From IMG/VR virus record IMGVR_UViG_3300011335_000457, positions 1-64,000 of that record: a stretch of DNA of 64,000 nucleotides; one strand, 5' to 3'. Source of the DNA: a virus. Lineage: Duplodnaviria; Caudoviricetes. Shown piece by piece: positions 32,684-43,896 of the stretch; the stretch's first letter is position 1, and each line of letters opens with the position of its first letter. The notes under the pieces were generated by a model, which made no database searches, was not told the DNA's origin, and saw only the letters and a list, made by a program, of their open reading frames with translations. The translations under genes and the position numbers were made by a program.

Positions 32684-33513
32684 GTATAATATTCAATGCT
32701 GAGGAGCATAGCTACAAGAGTTTAAACCCAGAAGAGAACATTAACTGGGTAAGTGTGACTACTGTAGTATCATCACTTAAGCAACCATTTGATGCTAAAG
32801 CAGTGGCTCAGAAAGTCACTAAAAAAAAGAACTCTAAATGGTATGGTCTAGATCCTATAATTGTTCAACAGATATGGACTAATGAAGCTGATAGATCTAC
32901 TACAGATGGTACATGGTATCATAACCAAAGAGAAGATGATATTTGCTCATTTGCATCAATAGAAAGAGAAGGAGTTACTGTACCTGTATTCAAGCCATCA
33001 GGTGAGAACAATGGTTTAAGAACAGCTCCATCACAGAAACTAGACCCAGGCGTGTATCCAGAACATATGGTTTATCTTAAGTCAGCAGGCTTATGTGGTC
33101 AATCAGATTTAGTTGAAGTAGTCAATGGTAAGGTAAATATCATTGACTACAAGACTAATAAGGAAATTAAAATGAAAGGTTTTACTAACTGGGAAGGTAT
33201 AACAGAAAAGATGTCATTACCAGTTAATAATTTAGATGATTGTCATTTTAATCACTATGCACTACAGCTCAGTATTTATATGTATATTATATTAAAGCAT
33301 AATCCTAAACTTAAACCAGGAAAGATATTTATACATCATGTTAAGTTTGAGATAGAAAGAGAAGACAACTGGGGATATCCAATAGGCAAGAAAGATGAAA
33401 ATGGAAACCCAATTGTAAAAGAAGTTATAGTAATTCCTATACCTTATCTTGTAGATGAGGTGCAAGCTGTTATACATTATATGAAAGACAATCCAATTAA
33501 AAAAAATAAATGA
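32680..33513 (+). CDS. PD-(D/E)XK (Cas4/RecB-like) nuclease
   Basis: FNAEEHSY; GLCGQSDLVEV...NIIDYKTNK; HYALQLSIY. Confidence 0.85.
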   Translation: MSIIFNAEEHSYKSLNPEENINWVSVTTVVSSLKQPFDAKAVAQKVTKKKNSKWYGLDPIIVQQIWTNEADRSTTDGTWYHNQREDDICSFASIEREGVTVPVFKPSGENNGLRTAPSQKLDPGVYPEHMVYLKSAGLCGQSDLVEVVNGKVNIIDYKTNKEIKMKGFTNWEGITEKMSLPVNNLDDCHFNHYALQLSIYMYIILKHNPKLKPGKIFIHHVKFEIEREDNWGYPIGKKDENGNPIVKEVIVIPIPYLVDEVQAVIHYMKDNPIKKNK

Positions 33514-34025
33514 TTATAAAACTATTTGAAGTGCAAAATAATGTAGTAATTCCTACAGAGCACTGCCATACACTTAAGGCCCTTAAAGACATAATGGATG
33601 AGTATCCGGATGATTATCTTAAAATATATCAATATCTTTTCTATATGACATGTCCTAATCCGGATATGAATCCATTCTTCTATACACCTGATGTAGATAA
33701 AGAACATTTAATCATGACACAGATAGAAGGAGAGTTTTCAACAGAAGATGACAGTGTGTTTACAGCTCTTAAGTTCTGTGAAAGAATGTATGAAACTCCT
33801 ACATCTAGAGCCTATGATGGTATGAGAACAGCTTTAGATAGAATTGCAAGATATCTTTCTACTACTCAGATTACAGATGGTAAAGATGGTAACATAGGTC
33901 AGATCAGAGCTCTTGCAAAAGACTTTGATTCTATAAGACAATCATTTAAGGGTGCCTATAAAGATCTTCAGGAAGAACAACAAAGTAAAGTCCGCGGAGG
34001 CCAAGGGTTGGCATATGACTCATAA
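33510..34025 (+). CDS. Conserved protein upstream of terminase (possible small terminase subunit)
   Basis: Helical protein directly before TerL; function inferred from position only. Confidence 0.45.
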   Translation: MIIKLFEVQNNVVIPTEHCHTLKALKDIMDEYPDDYLKIYQYLFYMTCPNPDMNPFFYTPDVDKEHLIMTQIEGEFSTEDDSVFTALKFCERMYETPTSRAYDGMRTALDRIARYLSTTQITDGKDGNIGQIRALAKDFDSIRQSFKGAYKDLQEEQQSKVRGGQGLAYDS

Positions 34026-34036
34026 TAAAAAACCAA

Positions 34037-36232
34037 ATGGAAATATTTGAAAATATACCCACATGGGATAATGGTATCTGGACAATAACTAATTTTAATT
34101 CTAGAGAAGAGTTATCAGATTTTGTATTTAGCATATTTAAAGAACCAGGTAAATATAACTTTGATGAAACAAGTAAACTATTTAATGCTGAGTCAACAAG
34201 ATTCAGAAAAGATAAAATATACACAGCCACAATACCCAGATCAAAAGACTTTGTCACATACTGGGATGAGCAAAAACTTAGATGCAGAAGAGGAGTTATT
34301 TTTAAGTCCGGAGAGAATGCATGGTACATTACCAGAGACTATTATATGTGGCTTAATTTCTTGCCCATATTTGATAAAGAACAACAAGTATTTGACTTTG
34401 CTAAGATCAGGGATGCACAGTACCACATGGCCTTATATGAACTACTCGCAGAGCTCAACTACAAACATGTAGCTATTCTTAAGAAACGGCAGATAGCTTC
34501 TTCATACTATCACATGGCCAAGTTATTAAACCAACAGTGGTTTGAACCTGGGGTAACATTAAAGATAGGAGCTAGTCTTAAAGATTATATCAATGAAAAA
34601 GGATCCTGGAAGTTCTTACAGGAATATGCTGCATTCTTAAATGAACATACTGCATGGTATAGACCTATGTCACCAGATAAGGTAATGATGTGGCAACAAA
34701 AGATTGAGGTTAGAAAAGGAGACAGAAAAGCAGAAGTAGGTCTCAAAGGTACTATACAAGGTATGTCATTTGAGAAAGATCCTACAAATGGTGTTGGGGG
34801 TCCAGTTAAATACTTCTTTCATGAGGAGGCTGGGATTGCTCCTAAGATGGATAAGACATATGAGTACATGAGACCAGCAATGAGATCTGGTTTAATTACT
34901 ACAGGGTTATTTATTGCTGCAGGATCTGTAGGGGATTTATCCCAGTGTAATCCACTAAGAGATATGATCCTTAATCCTATGTCTAAAGATATATATGCTG
35001 TAGAAACCAATCTACTTGATGATAAAGGTACAGAAGGTATGTCAGGTTTGTTTATTCCAGAGCAATGGTCTATGCCACCGTATATAGATCAATTTGGTAA
35101 TTCACTTGTAGAAGAATCATTAAAGGCCCTTGATGATCAGTTTGAGAAATGGAAAAAAGAACTAGGACCTGAAGATTACCAGCTAAGGATATCTCAGCAT
35201 CCTAGAAATATAAAAGAAGCATTTGATCATAGATCAGTATCTGTGTTTCCTTCTCACTTAGTGGCTGCACAAGAAAGAAGAATAGAAGAGAAAGAATATC
35301 CATATGAGTTTTTAGAAATTGCTACTGATGTAAATGGTAAACCTGTTGTTACTCAAACAAACAAGAGACCCATTATGGAGTTTCCAGTTCCTAAGAAAAT
35401 GGAAGACAAGACAGGAGTATTAGTAGTATGGGAAAGACCTATTAAAGATCCAACCTTTGGACAGTACTATGCTTCTATTGACCCCGTATCTGAGGGAAAG
35501 ACAACTACCTCAGAATCACTATGTTCAATCTATATAATGAAAGCTCCAGTTGAAGTAACTAAGGTTACTGGTATAGAGACTGAAACATATATAGAACCAG
35601 ATAAGTTAGTAGCTGCATGGTGTGGTAGATTTGATGATATAAACAAAACTCACCAGAAACTAGAGTTAATAATAGAATGGTATAATGCATGGACCTTAAT
35701 AGAGAATAACATATCTCTCTTCATACAGTATATGATATCTAGAAAGAAACAAAGATACTTAGTACCTAAGAGTCAGATTATGTTCTTAAAAGATCTTGGC
35801 TCAAACAGTAATGTATTCCAGGAGTATGGATGGAAGAATACAGGAACACTCTTTAAGGCACATTTACTTAGTTATGCTATTGAATATACTAGAGAGGAAT
35901 TAGATGTAGAAACAAAACCTGATGGTACTATTGTACGGACAAAGTACGGCATTGAGAGAATACCTGATCCTATGCTTCTCAAAGAAATGAGAGAATATGC
36001 AGATGGAGTCAATGTGGATAGGTTAGTATCCTTCTGTGCGCTTGTAGCTTTCATGAGAATACAACAGGCAAATAGAGGATATTCAAAGAGAGTGATAATG
36101 GATGATGTGGCTAAAAACTTGCAAAAGTCAGAAAATTTGTTTAAAAGATCAGTCCAAGCATTTAGACATATGGGTACAACCAATAAGATAGCTAATAAAG
36201 TATCAAGAAGTCCCTTTAAAAATTTAAAATAA
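34037..36232 (+). CDS. terL: Terminase large subunit
   Basis: LKKRQIASSY (Walker A), FFHEEAG (Walker B), SIDPVSEG nuclease motif; precedes portal. Confidence 0.92.
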   Translation: MEIFENIPTWDNGIWTITNFNSREELSDFVFSIFKEPGKYNFDETSKLFNAESTRFRKDKIYTATIPRSKDFVTYWDEQKLRCRRGVIFKSGENAWYITRDYYMWLNFLPIFDKEQQVFDFAKIRDAQYHMALYELLAELNYKHVAILKKRQIASSYYHMAKLLNQQWFEPGVTLKIGASLKDYINEKGSWKFLQEYAAFLNEHTAWYRPMSPDKVMMWQQKIEVRKGDRKAEVGLKGTIQGMSFEKDPTNGVGGPVKYFFHEEAGIAPKMDKTYEYMRPAMRSGLITTGLFIAAGSVGDLSQCNPLRDMILNPMSKDIYAVETNLLDDKGTEGMSGLFIPEQWSMPPYIDQFGNSLVEESLKALDDQFEKWKKELGPEDYQLRISQHPRNIKEAFDHRSVSVFPSHLVAAQERRIEEKEYPYEFLEIATDVNGKPVVTQTNKRPIMEFPVPKKMEDKTGVLVVWERPIKDPTFGQYYASIDPVSEGKTTTSESLCSIYIMKAPVEVTKVTGIETETYIEPDKLVAAWCGRFDDINKTHQKLELIIEWYNAWTLIENNISLFIQYMISRKKQRYLVPKSQIMFLKDLGSNSNVFQEYGWKNTGTLFKAHLLSYAIEYTREELDVETKPDGTIVRTKYGIERIPDPMLLKEMREYADGVNVDRLVSFCALVAFMRIQQANRGYSKRVIMDDVAKNLQKSENLFKRSVQAFRHMGTTNKIANKVSRSPFKNLK

Positions 36233-37023
36233 TGGCGTGTGTGTATGAACATATAAGACCTGATACAAATACTATTTTTTATATAGGTATTGGTAAAAAA
36301 AATAGTAGGGCTTATAGTAAATGTGGTAGAAATAAGCATTGGAAAAATATTGTAAAAAAATGCAATAATTTATTTACTATTAATATTTTACATGATGACT
36401 TATCCTGGGAAGAAGTTTGTCAAAAAGAAAAGCAGTACATTAAAAAATACGGAAGGATTAACAATGATACAGGTATATTATGTAATATGACAGATGGAGG
36501 AGAAGGTATTTTAAATTTGCAACACACGGATGAAGCAAAATTAAAAATTTCAATTGCTGCTAAAAAAAGATATAAATTAAAACCACAGTGTAGAAAAGGA
36601 CAAAGGTTTGTTAATAAGAACAGTAGAAAACTTGTAATTGTGGATTTAAAAACTTATATTATATATAATTATAATACATTAGTAGAGGCATCTTTATTTT
36701 TAAGTACAAGTCCATCAAGAGTAAGAAGAGCTTGTATTGTAGGGAAATCTATAAATAATTGTTATTTAAAATTTGGAGAAGGAATTAGTAAAGAAGAAAT
36801 TAAAGAGTTAAAAAATAAAAAAGTTTATGCCTTATCTGACTTATCTATTCTAAATGTAAATAAAGATTATTCATGTATTCAAAAAAAAGTTATTAATTGT
36901 GAAACAAAAAAAGTTTATAGTTCAATATCTGAAGTATGTAGAAACTATAATATAAAATATTCTACTTTATCTAGACAGCTTAATGGGGTTTCCAAAAATA
37001 AAACAATATTTAAATTAATTTGA
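36232..37023 (+). mobile_element. GIY-YIG-type homing endonuclease with NUMOD3/NUMOD1-like DNA-binding repeats
   Basis: VYEHIRPDTNTIFYIGIG...RAY...EKQYIKKYG...NMTDGGEG; HTDEAKLKIS; KKVINCETKKVYSSISE. Confidence 0.85.
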
Positions 37024-37024
37024 T

Positions 37025-39775
37025 ATGAAAATAATAAATGCTTTACAGGCAAAAGGAGGAGCTACTACTGAGAATAATAGAATGGGTAGTATCACCCAAC
37101 CATTACAATTTATTCCTAAAAAAGAAAAAGATGAAAAATGGGCTGCCTGGAACTTAGACTGGTTAGAATGGCAAGGTCTTAAACAAATCCGTAGAAATGC
37201 CCGGAGACTTATGAAAAACTATAAACTTGCAAAAGGTATTATAGATAAGTCAGATTATATAGTTGAGGAAAACAATGACTACAGAGATATAGTTGAAACA
37301 CTTACTAAAGAAGATGTATCAGCACTTGAACTTAAGTTCTATCCTATTATACCAAATGTTATCAATGTTCTAGTAGCTGAGTTTGCTAAGAGATCTACTA
37401 AACTAACATATAGAGCAATTGATGAGTTATCATACAATGAGCTCTTAGAACAAAAAAGACAAATGGTTGAGGATGTATTAATGCAAGATGCAAGAATAAA
37501 AGTTACTTCAGCATTAATGGATAAAGGTCTTGATCCAGAGTCAGAAGAATTTCAACAAGAGAGTTCACCAGAAAAACTAAAAAGCCTACCTGAGATTGAA
37601 ATGTATTTTAGAAAAGATTACAGATCAATGGTAGAGGAATGGGCTGATCACCAACATAAAGTTGATGTTGAAAGATTCAGAATGGATGAGCTGGAAGAAA
37701 GAGGTTTTAGAGACATGTTAATTACTGATAGAGAGTTCTGGCATTTCCGGATGATGGAAGATGACTATGAAGTAGAACTATGGAATCCAGCAATTACATT
37801 TTATCACAAGTCACCAGATTCAAGATATATATCTCAAGCTAACTGGGCTGGTAAAACAGATATGATGACACCATCTGATGTTATTGATAGATATGGTTAT
37901 CTAATGGAAGAAGAGCAGTTAGCTGCACTAGAAGCAGTATATCCCATTAGATCTGCAGGATATACAATTGGTGGTGTGCAAAATGATGGTAGTTTCTATG
38001 ATGGTACTAAATCTCATGACTGGAATACTAATATGCCATCACTGGCTTATAGACAGTATACAACTGCAATGGGTGGAACTGTATTAGAAGGCGGAGATAT
38101 TATTACACAAATACTTTCTGAAGGAGAAGACTATTATGATCAAGGTACTGCATACTTATTAAGGGTATCAACTATATACTGGAAGTCACAAAGAAAAGTA
38201 GGACACTTGATTAGTGTTAATGATAATGGTGAAGTTGAGATGGATATTGTAGATGAAGATTATACTATCACAAATAAACCAATATATGACACCAGGTTAA
38301 TGAAAAATAAAACTAAGGAGAACTTAGTTTATGGTGAACATATAGATTGGATCTGGATAAATGAGGTATGGGGTGGTATCAAAATAGGGCCAAACATTCC
38401 TTCTTTCTGGGGTATGAATAATCCTGGAGGATTTACACCAATGTATTTAGGTGTAGATAGAGCTAAAATAGGACCATTAAGATTTCAGTTTAAAGGAGAT
38501 AATACTCTTTATGGATGTAAGTTACCTGTAGAAGGATCAGTATTCTCAGATAGAAATACTAAGTCTACTGCATTACTTGACTTAATGAAGCCATACCAGA
38601 TAGGATATAACATTGTCAACAATCAGATAGCTGATATCTTAGTAGATGAACTAGGTACTATTATCATGCTTGACCAGAATACTCTACCAAGACACTCATT
38701 AGGAGAAGACTGGGGGAAAGGAAACTATGCCAAAGCATATGTTGCAATGAAGAATTTCCAGATGTTACCATTGGATACTAGTATAACTAATACAGAGAAT
38801 GCATTAAACTTCCAACATTTCCAAAAACTAGATCTATCTCAAACAGAAAGGTTAATGTCAAGGATACAGTTAGCCAATCACTTTAAGCAACAAGCTTATG
38901 AAGTAATTGGTGTAACACCACAAAGGATGGGACAACAGATAGCACAGATGACTGCTACTGGTGTAGAACAAGCTGCTGCAGCTTCTTATGCACAAACAGA
39001 GATGTTCTTCATCCAACACTGTGATTACTTAATGCCTAGAGTACATCAGATGCGTACTGACTTAGCTCAATATTATCATTCTACTAAACCATCAACTAGA
39101 TTAAGTTATATTACTACAGCTGATGAGAAAGTAAATTTTGAAATAAATGGTACTGATCTTTTAATGAGAGATCTTAATATCTTCTGTAGCACAACAGCTA
39201 ATCACAGGTCTATATTAGAACAACTTAAGCAAATGGCTATGCAGAATAATACTACTGGAGCATCTGTGTATGATCTAGGTAGAATAGTTCAGTCAGACTC
39301 TATTGCTCAACTTAATACAGTTCTTAAAGACTCTGAAGCTAAACAACAACAGTCTAAACAACAGGAGATGGAAGCTCAGCAAAAAATGCAAGAAGATAAA
39401 CTTAAAGCAGATTCTGAAGAAGCTAAACTTAAAAGAGAGTATGAAGAAGTTCAGAAAGAAAAAGATAGACAAACTGAAATTCTTGTTGCAGAAATCAGAG
39501 CAGCTGGTTATGGATCTATGGCAGATGTTAATGCAAATCAAGTATCTGATTACCAAGATGCAATGAGAGACATTAGACAGACTGAACAATATCAAACACA
39601 GAACCAATTGCAAAGAGATAAAGATGCAACTAGAACTATGTTAGATAGAGACAAGAATGCTATTGAAAGAGAGAAGTTAAATGTGCAAAGAGAAATAGCA
39701 GATAAACAGTTACAAGTAGCAAAAGTGAACAAAAACAAGTATGATAAAGGTGGTGAAGTAAAAAATAAAAAGTAG
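37025..39775 (+). CDS. Portal protein (crAss-like)
   Basis: 916 aa after TerL; KLDLSQT, GVTPQRMGQ motifs and long coiled-coil C-terminus. Confidence 0.88.
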   Translation: MKIINALQAKGGATTENNRMGSITQPLQFIPKKEKDEKWAAWNLDWLEWQGLKQIRRNARRLMKNYKLAKGIIDKSDYIVEENNDYRDIVETLTKEDVSALELKFYPIIPNVINVLVAEFAKRSTKLTYRAIDELSYNELLEQKRQMVEDVLMQDARIKVTSALMDKGLDPESEEFQQESSPEKLKSLPEIEMYFRKDYRSMVEEWADHQHKVDVERFRMDELEERGFRDMLITDREFWHFRMMEDDYEVELWNPAITFYHKSPDSRYISQANWAGKTDMMTPSDVIDRYGYLMEEEQLAALEAVYPIRSAGYTIGGVQNDGSFYDGTKSHDWNTNMPSLAYRQYTTAMGGTVLEGGDIITQILSEGEDYYDQGTAYLLRVSTIYWKSQRKVGHLISVNDNGEVEMDIVDEDYTITNKPIYDTRLMKNKTKENLVYGEHIDWIWINEVWGGIKIGPNIPSFWGMNNPGGFTPMYLGVDRAKIGPLRFQFKGDNTLYGCKLPVEGSVFSDRNTKSTALLDLMKPYQIGYNIVNNQIADILVDELGTIIMLDQNTLPRHSLGEDWGKGNYAKAYVAMKNFQMLPLDTSITNTENALNFQHFQKLDLSQTERLMSRIQLANHFKQQAYEVIGVTPQRMGQQIAQMTATGVEQAAAASYAQTEMFFIQHCDYLMPRVHQMRTDLAQYYHSTKPSTRLSYITTADEKVNFEINGTDLLMRDLNIFCSTTANHRSILEQLKQMAMQNNTTGASVYDLGRIVQSDSIAQLNTVLKDSEAKQQQSKQQEMEAQQKMQEDKLKADSEEAKLKREYEEVQKEKDRQTEILVAEIRAAGYGSMADVNANQVSDYQDAMRDIRQTEQYQTQNQLQRDKDATRTMLDRDKNAIEREKLNVQREIADKQLQVAKVNKNKYDKGGEVKNKK

Positions 39776-39866
39776 TATAGCCATATAGTGCACAAAAACT
39801 TTTTATACCTTTTAAATTTGTGAAGTTTATTTTGTATATTGTATTATAACATAAAAACCAACACTT

Positions 39867-41135
39867 ATGGAAGACACAACAAAAACTGGGGAGACCCAGA
39901 CATTAGACTCTACAACGGTAGGTCAAGTAGATGTAAATATTGATGAGATCTTTGGAATGCCAGGTGCGGAAAGTGTAATGCTTCCTGAGTCTGGAAAAGA
40001 AGAAGAAAAAGCAAAGTCTATGTTCTCAAAAGAAAATGTAGACACCACGTTCCTTGACAACTCACCTGCTACTACTTACAAAGAAAAAGAAGAAGCAGCT
40101 GAAAAGAAAGCAGAAGTTGAAGAAACTATTGCTGAGCTTGATGGATTAATTTCTCAAGAAGAAGAAGCTGGCAACAAAGGAAGACCAAAGATTGATAAGT
40201 CTGGTCTAGCTGAGTTAGCTTACAAGATGATTGAAGAAGGTGGTTTAATTCCTTTTGATGATGATAAGCCTTTAGAGGAATACACAACAAAAGATTTTAG
40301 AGAACTTTTTGAAGCCAACTTCCAAGAAAGAGAAGATAAAGTTAGAAAAGATGTTCCAAAAGAATTCTTTAACTCATTACCAGAAGAGCTTCAGTATGCA
40401 GCTAAGTATGTAGCTGATGGAGGACAAGATCTTAAAGGATTGTTTAGAACACTTGCTCATGTAGAAGAAATGAGACAATTAGATCCTTCAGATGAATATG
40501 ATCAAGCTGAGATAGCAAGACAATATTTACATGCAACCAATTTTGGTTCAGCAGAGGAAATTGAGAATGAAATCCAAGACTGGCAAGATGTAGATAAGTT
40601 AGAACAAAAAGCTAACCAGTTCAAACCTAAGTTAGATAGAATGCAAGAAGAAATTATTGCAAGACAGCTAGCTGAGCAAGAGTCTAGAAAAGAGCAACAG
40701 CAAGATGCAGCAAGAACATACACAAATAATGTATATTCTACACTTGCAACAGGTGACATAGGTGGAATTAAACTTGATAAAAAAACACAAGGTTTATTAT
40801 ACTCAGGATTAGTTCAACCAAATTACCCTTCAATTTCTGGTAAGCCTACAAACTTACTTGGACACTTATTAGAGAAGTACCAGTTTGTAGAACCTAGACA
40901 TGACTTAATTGCTAAAGCACTTTGGTTATTAGCTGATGAAAAAGGATTTGAAGCTAAGATTAGAGAACAAGGCGGAAGACAGGCTGTAGAAAAAACAGTA
41001 AGACAATTAAAAACGGAAGAAGCTAGAAAGAATACTACAAGTTCATCAATATATGAAGAACCTGAAAGAAGATCTACTCCTAGCAGAGCTCCACAAAAAA
41101 CCATCTCAAGAGCTAATATGTTCAAGAGATTTTAA
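39867..41135 (+). CDS. Acidic coiled-coil protein upstream of capsid gene (probable scaffold)
   Basis: E/K-rich, conserved position between portal and major capsid protein. Confidence 0.65.
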   Translation: MEDTTKTGETQTLDSTTVGQVDVNIDEIFGMPGAESVMLPESGKEEEKAKSMFSKENVDTTFLDNSPATTYKEKEEAAEKKAEVEETIAELDGLISQEEEAGNKGRPKIDKSGLAELAYKMIEEGGLIPFDDDKPLEEYTTKDFRELFEANFQEREDKVRKDVPKEFFNSLPEELQYAAKYVADGGQDLKGLFRTLAHVEEMRQLDPSDEYDQAEIARQYLHATNFGSAEEIENEIQDWQDVDKLEQKANQFKPKLDRMQEEIIARQLAEQESRKEQQQDAARTYTNNVYSTLATGDIGGIKLDKKTQGLLYSGLVQPNYPSISGKPTNLLGHLLEKYQFVEPRHDLIAKALWLLADEKGFEAKIREQGGRQAVEKTVRQLKTEEARKNTTSSSIYEEPERRSTPSRAPQKTISRANMFKRF

Positions 41136-41161
41136 ATAGTAACAATTAAACAAATATAAAA

Positions 41162-42778
41162 ATGGCAACTCCAGTTTTAAACAATGGGATATTCCTCCGG
41201 GATACCGCCTATCAAGCTAGTTCCCATGTGGATTCTTACCACTTGGTAAACATGCTAAAAGATTCTGAACCTATGGATTTAGGTCCAGTAGACTTATGGG
41301 CTATGGCTCAGAAAGTTGAAATGCCACTTTACCAAATGTCAAGTTTTGGTGGTAAAAATGTTATCATGGTTGATAATGCTCGTGGTGAGTACAAATGGCA
41401 GACTCCAGTTTCTACTGATCTACCTTACATCATTGAGGATATTGAACCAGACAACACATTCAAAGGACTTGAGGGATCAACATTCCGTATCAAGTTAAAC
41501 AGAAGAGAATTTGGACATGGTGATATCATCACTTATGACAAATACAATGGTGTTGAGATGTATATTACTGCAGAAGATATCCTTCCTTTAGGAGACGGAT
41601 TTATCTATACTGTTCAGTTAGTAAACAATGATAACTACAAATACATTGACAACAAGTACTTGGCTAATGGTACTAAAGTTTTCCGTAAAGGTTCTGCCCG
41701 TGGAGAATATGGTGAGAGATTCTCTGACATCACAACAAGAACAGGATTCCGTGAATTCTATAACTTTGTTGGTGGTGCTGAAGCTCACGTACATTATTCT
41801 ATCTCTAGCCGTGCTGACTTGATGATCAAAGGTGGAATGAATGCAGATGGTACAGTTCCTGTAACTGAGATCTGGAGAACATTTGACAAATCTGTTGATC
41901 CATCAATCACTTCTTTGGAAGACATGGTTAAAGTAATGGGTAAAGACAAAGTTAAAAAAGCATTTGACAATGGAGATTTGTCACGTACTTTCTTAACAAC
42001 TATGGAGGCTGCTCACTTAACTAAAATTGCTTCTGACATTGAGACTTACTTAATGTGGGGTCATGGAGGTAGAGTACGTCAAGATGGTCCAGATGATGTT
42101 AGATTATCTGTGGGTCTTTGGAAACAGTTGGATAACTCATTCAAAAGAGTATACAACAAAAATAACTTTACACTTGATTTGTTCCGTGGAGAGATCTACA
42201 ACTTCTTCAATGGTAAAGTTGAATTCCAAGGTCCAGATCCTAAGCGTTCACTAGTTGTACAAACAGGTATGGGTGGAATGAGAATGGTTAATGAGGCTAT
42301 CAAACGTGAGGCAGTATCTTCAGGTTTATTGATCCAAGCTGCTGACATTGGTGCTATCACTGGTAAAGGTATGGACTTAAACTTTGGATTTGCTTATACT
42401 TCATATGTGATTCCTTTCTTGGCAAATGTTAAGTTTGTACTTAACCCAGCATTTGACAATGTTCATACAAATGATATTGAGAACCCAATCATTGATGGTT
42501 TCCCATTATCTTCTTATTCATTCATTATCTTTGATATCACAGATAACACAAATGACAACATCTTCTTGTTGAAATTATCTTGGGATAATCAATTGAAATG
42601 GTGGTATCAAAATGGTACTATGGACTACATGGGACGTAGCCAAGGATTCCAGTCTTCTGGTCAATTCAATGGATACCGTGTTATGATGTCTCAAACAATG
42701 CCAGCTATTTGGGTTAAAGATCCAACTAAAGTTTTGAAAATTGTTATGAGAAACCCAATCACTGGAGGTTCATTCTAA
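41162..42778 (+). CDS. Major capsid protein (crAss-like)
   Basis: 538 aa with biased codon use, followed by a strong terminator; C-terminal IWVKDPTK..KIVMRNP. Confidence 0.88.
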   Translation: MATPVLNNGIFLRDTAYQASSHVDSYHLVNMLKDSEPMDLGPVDLWAMAQKVEMPLYQMSSFGGKNVIMVDNARGEYKWQTPVSTDLPYIIEDIEPDNTFKGLEGSTFRIKLNRREFGHGDIITYDKYNGVEMYITAEDILPLGDGFIYTVQLVNNDNYKYIDNKYLANGTKVFRKGSARGEYGERFSDITTRTGFREFYNFVGGAEAHVHYSISSRADLMIKGGMNADGTVPVTEIWRTFDKSVDPSITSLEDMVKVMGKDKVKKAFDNGDLSRTFLTTMEAAHLTKIASDIETYLMWGHGGRVRQDGPDDVRLSVGLWKQLDNSFKRVYNKNNFTLDLFRGEIYNFFNGKVEFQGPDPKRSLVVQTGMGGMRMVNEAIKREAVSSGLLIQAADIGAITGKGMDLNFGFAYTSYVIPFLANVKFVLNPAFDNVHTNDIENPIIDGFPLSSYSFIIFDITDNTNDNIFLLKLSWDNQLKWWYQNGTMDYMGRSQGFQSSGQFNGYRVMMSQTMPAIWVKDPTKVLKIVMRNPITGGSF

Positions 42779-42794
42779 TCCAGTCTATATATAC

Positions 42795-42826
42795 AAGGGA
42801 GGGGATAACACCTCTCCCTTTTTTTT
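42795..42826 (+). terminator. Intrinsic terminator after capsid gene
   Basis: AAGGGAGGGG/CCTCTCCCTT plus T-run. Confidence 0.85.
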
Positions 42827-42861
42827 AAGTATTAAAACCAACAAAATAAAAACCAACAACA

Positions 42862-43884
42862 ATGGAAAATGTAAGCTTTACAATGGTAGAAACAGGAAAA
42901 GGGACAGTTAAAAACACCCCAATAGCTGTTAGACCTTTTTTTGATTCAAGTGCTTCTAACATGGGATTAGAAGATTATGGAATGTCACTATTTGATGGTG
43001 TAACTCATCATGAGCAATTGGCATGTTTAGAAAACAATGGAGTAGTAAGATACTTAACAGGTCTTAATGAATTTGCTCCAGATATTAAAATGTTAAATCC
43101 TGAAGAGAGAGAAGCTAGATCTAGAGAGATCAGAAAAACAGTAGCAGATCTAGAACAAGAATTAGCAGCAAATATATTAGATATTGAGGATCCAAAGTTT
43201 TGGAATAATGTAAAATTACTTAGACCAGACAATGCTGAGTTTTGGAATAGAATAAGTGTTGCATGTGGTAATGAGCCATTATTCTTAGATCCAAAAGATC
43301 CATATGATAGAATTAAACTTTATGCTATTGAGGCTGGAGGATTTTCTATTGTAGCAAAAAGTTTTGATGATGCAAGATCAAGAGCTGTATCACCTAAGTT
43401 TTACTTAGATAAAACAGAAGAAACTGTAATGGCTAGAACTGAGTATAAAAAACTTAGAAATAAATCATTATCAGAATTGCAAAAATTATTTGATAAAAAT
43501 AGTACTAAGTTATTCTACATTGCAAAAGTAGTAGATATCAATAGTACACAATATAGAAAATCAACACCAAATGATGTTATCTATGAGAACATGGATAGAT
43601 ATATTAATGGTGATGGTGGAGAAACCAACAAAGAAAGAGCTGCAAAATCCTTCATGGAAACAGCAAATATGGATATGGAAACATTAAAAATTAAATCAAT
43701 TGTGCGTGATTCCGTATTTTTTAAGTATATTATAAATAAGGCAGATGGATATATATACCATGTTAAGACAAATTCTATGCTTGGTAGAAATGTATCTGAT
43801 GTTATAGAGCACTTAAGAAATCCTTTACATGAGGATATTTTAAAGGATCTAAACATAGCCTGTGAAAAGTATTGGAACTCTTAA
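42862..43884 (+). CDS. Conserved crAss-like protein following the capsid gene
   Basis: 340 aa; RYLTGL, FLDP..P.D pattern; syntenic position. Confidence 0.7.
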   Translation: MENVSFTMVETGKGTVKNTPIAVRPFFDSSASNMGLEDYGMSLFDGVTHHEQLACLENNGVVRYLTGLNEFAPDIKMLNPEEREARSREIRKTVADLEQELAANILDIEDPKFWNNVKLLRPDNAEFWNRISVACGNEPLFLDPKDPYDRIKLYAIEAGGFSIVAKSFDDARSRAVSPKFYLDKTEETVMARTEYKKLRNKSLSELQKLFDKNSTKLFYIAKVVDINSTQYRKSTPNDVIYENMDRYINGDGGETNKERAAKSFMETANMDMETLKIKSIVRDSVFFKYIINKADGYIYHVKTNSMLGRNVSDVIEHLRNPLHEDILKDLNIACEKYWNS

Positions 43885-43896
43885 AAATAAAATAAA

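Noticed and set aside
32680-33513. Cas4-like nuclease as a sign of a CRISPR system
   Set aside because: No repeat-spacer array or other cas genes seen; a solo PD-(D/E)XK nuclease next to terminase is normal in crAss-like phages
34037-36232. Intein or intron in the terminase
   Set aside because: Continuous ORF of ordinary length with no C/S...HN splice motifs; the adjacent endonuclease is a separate downstream gene
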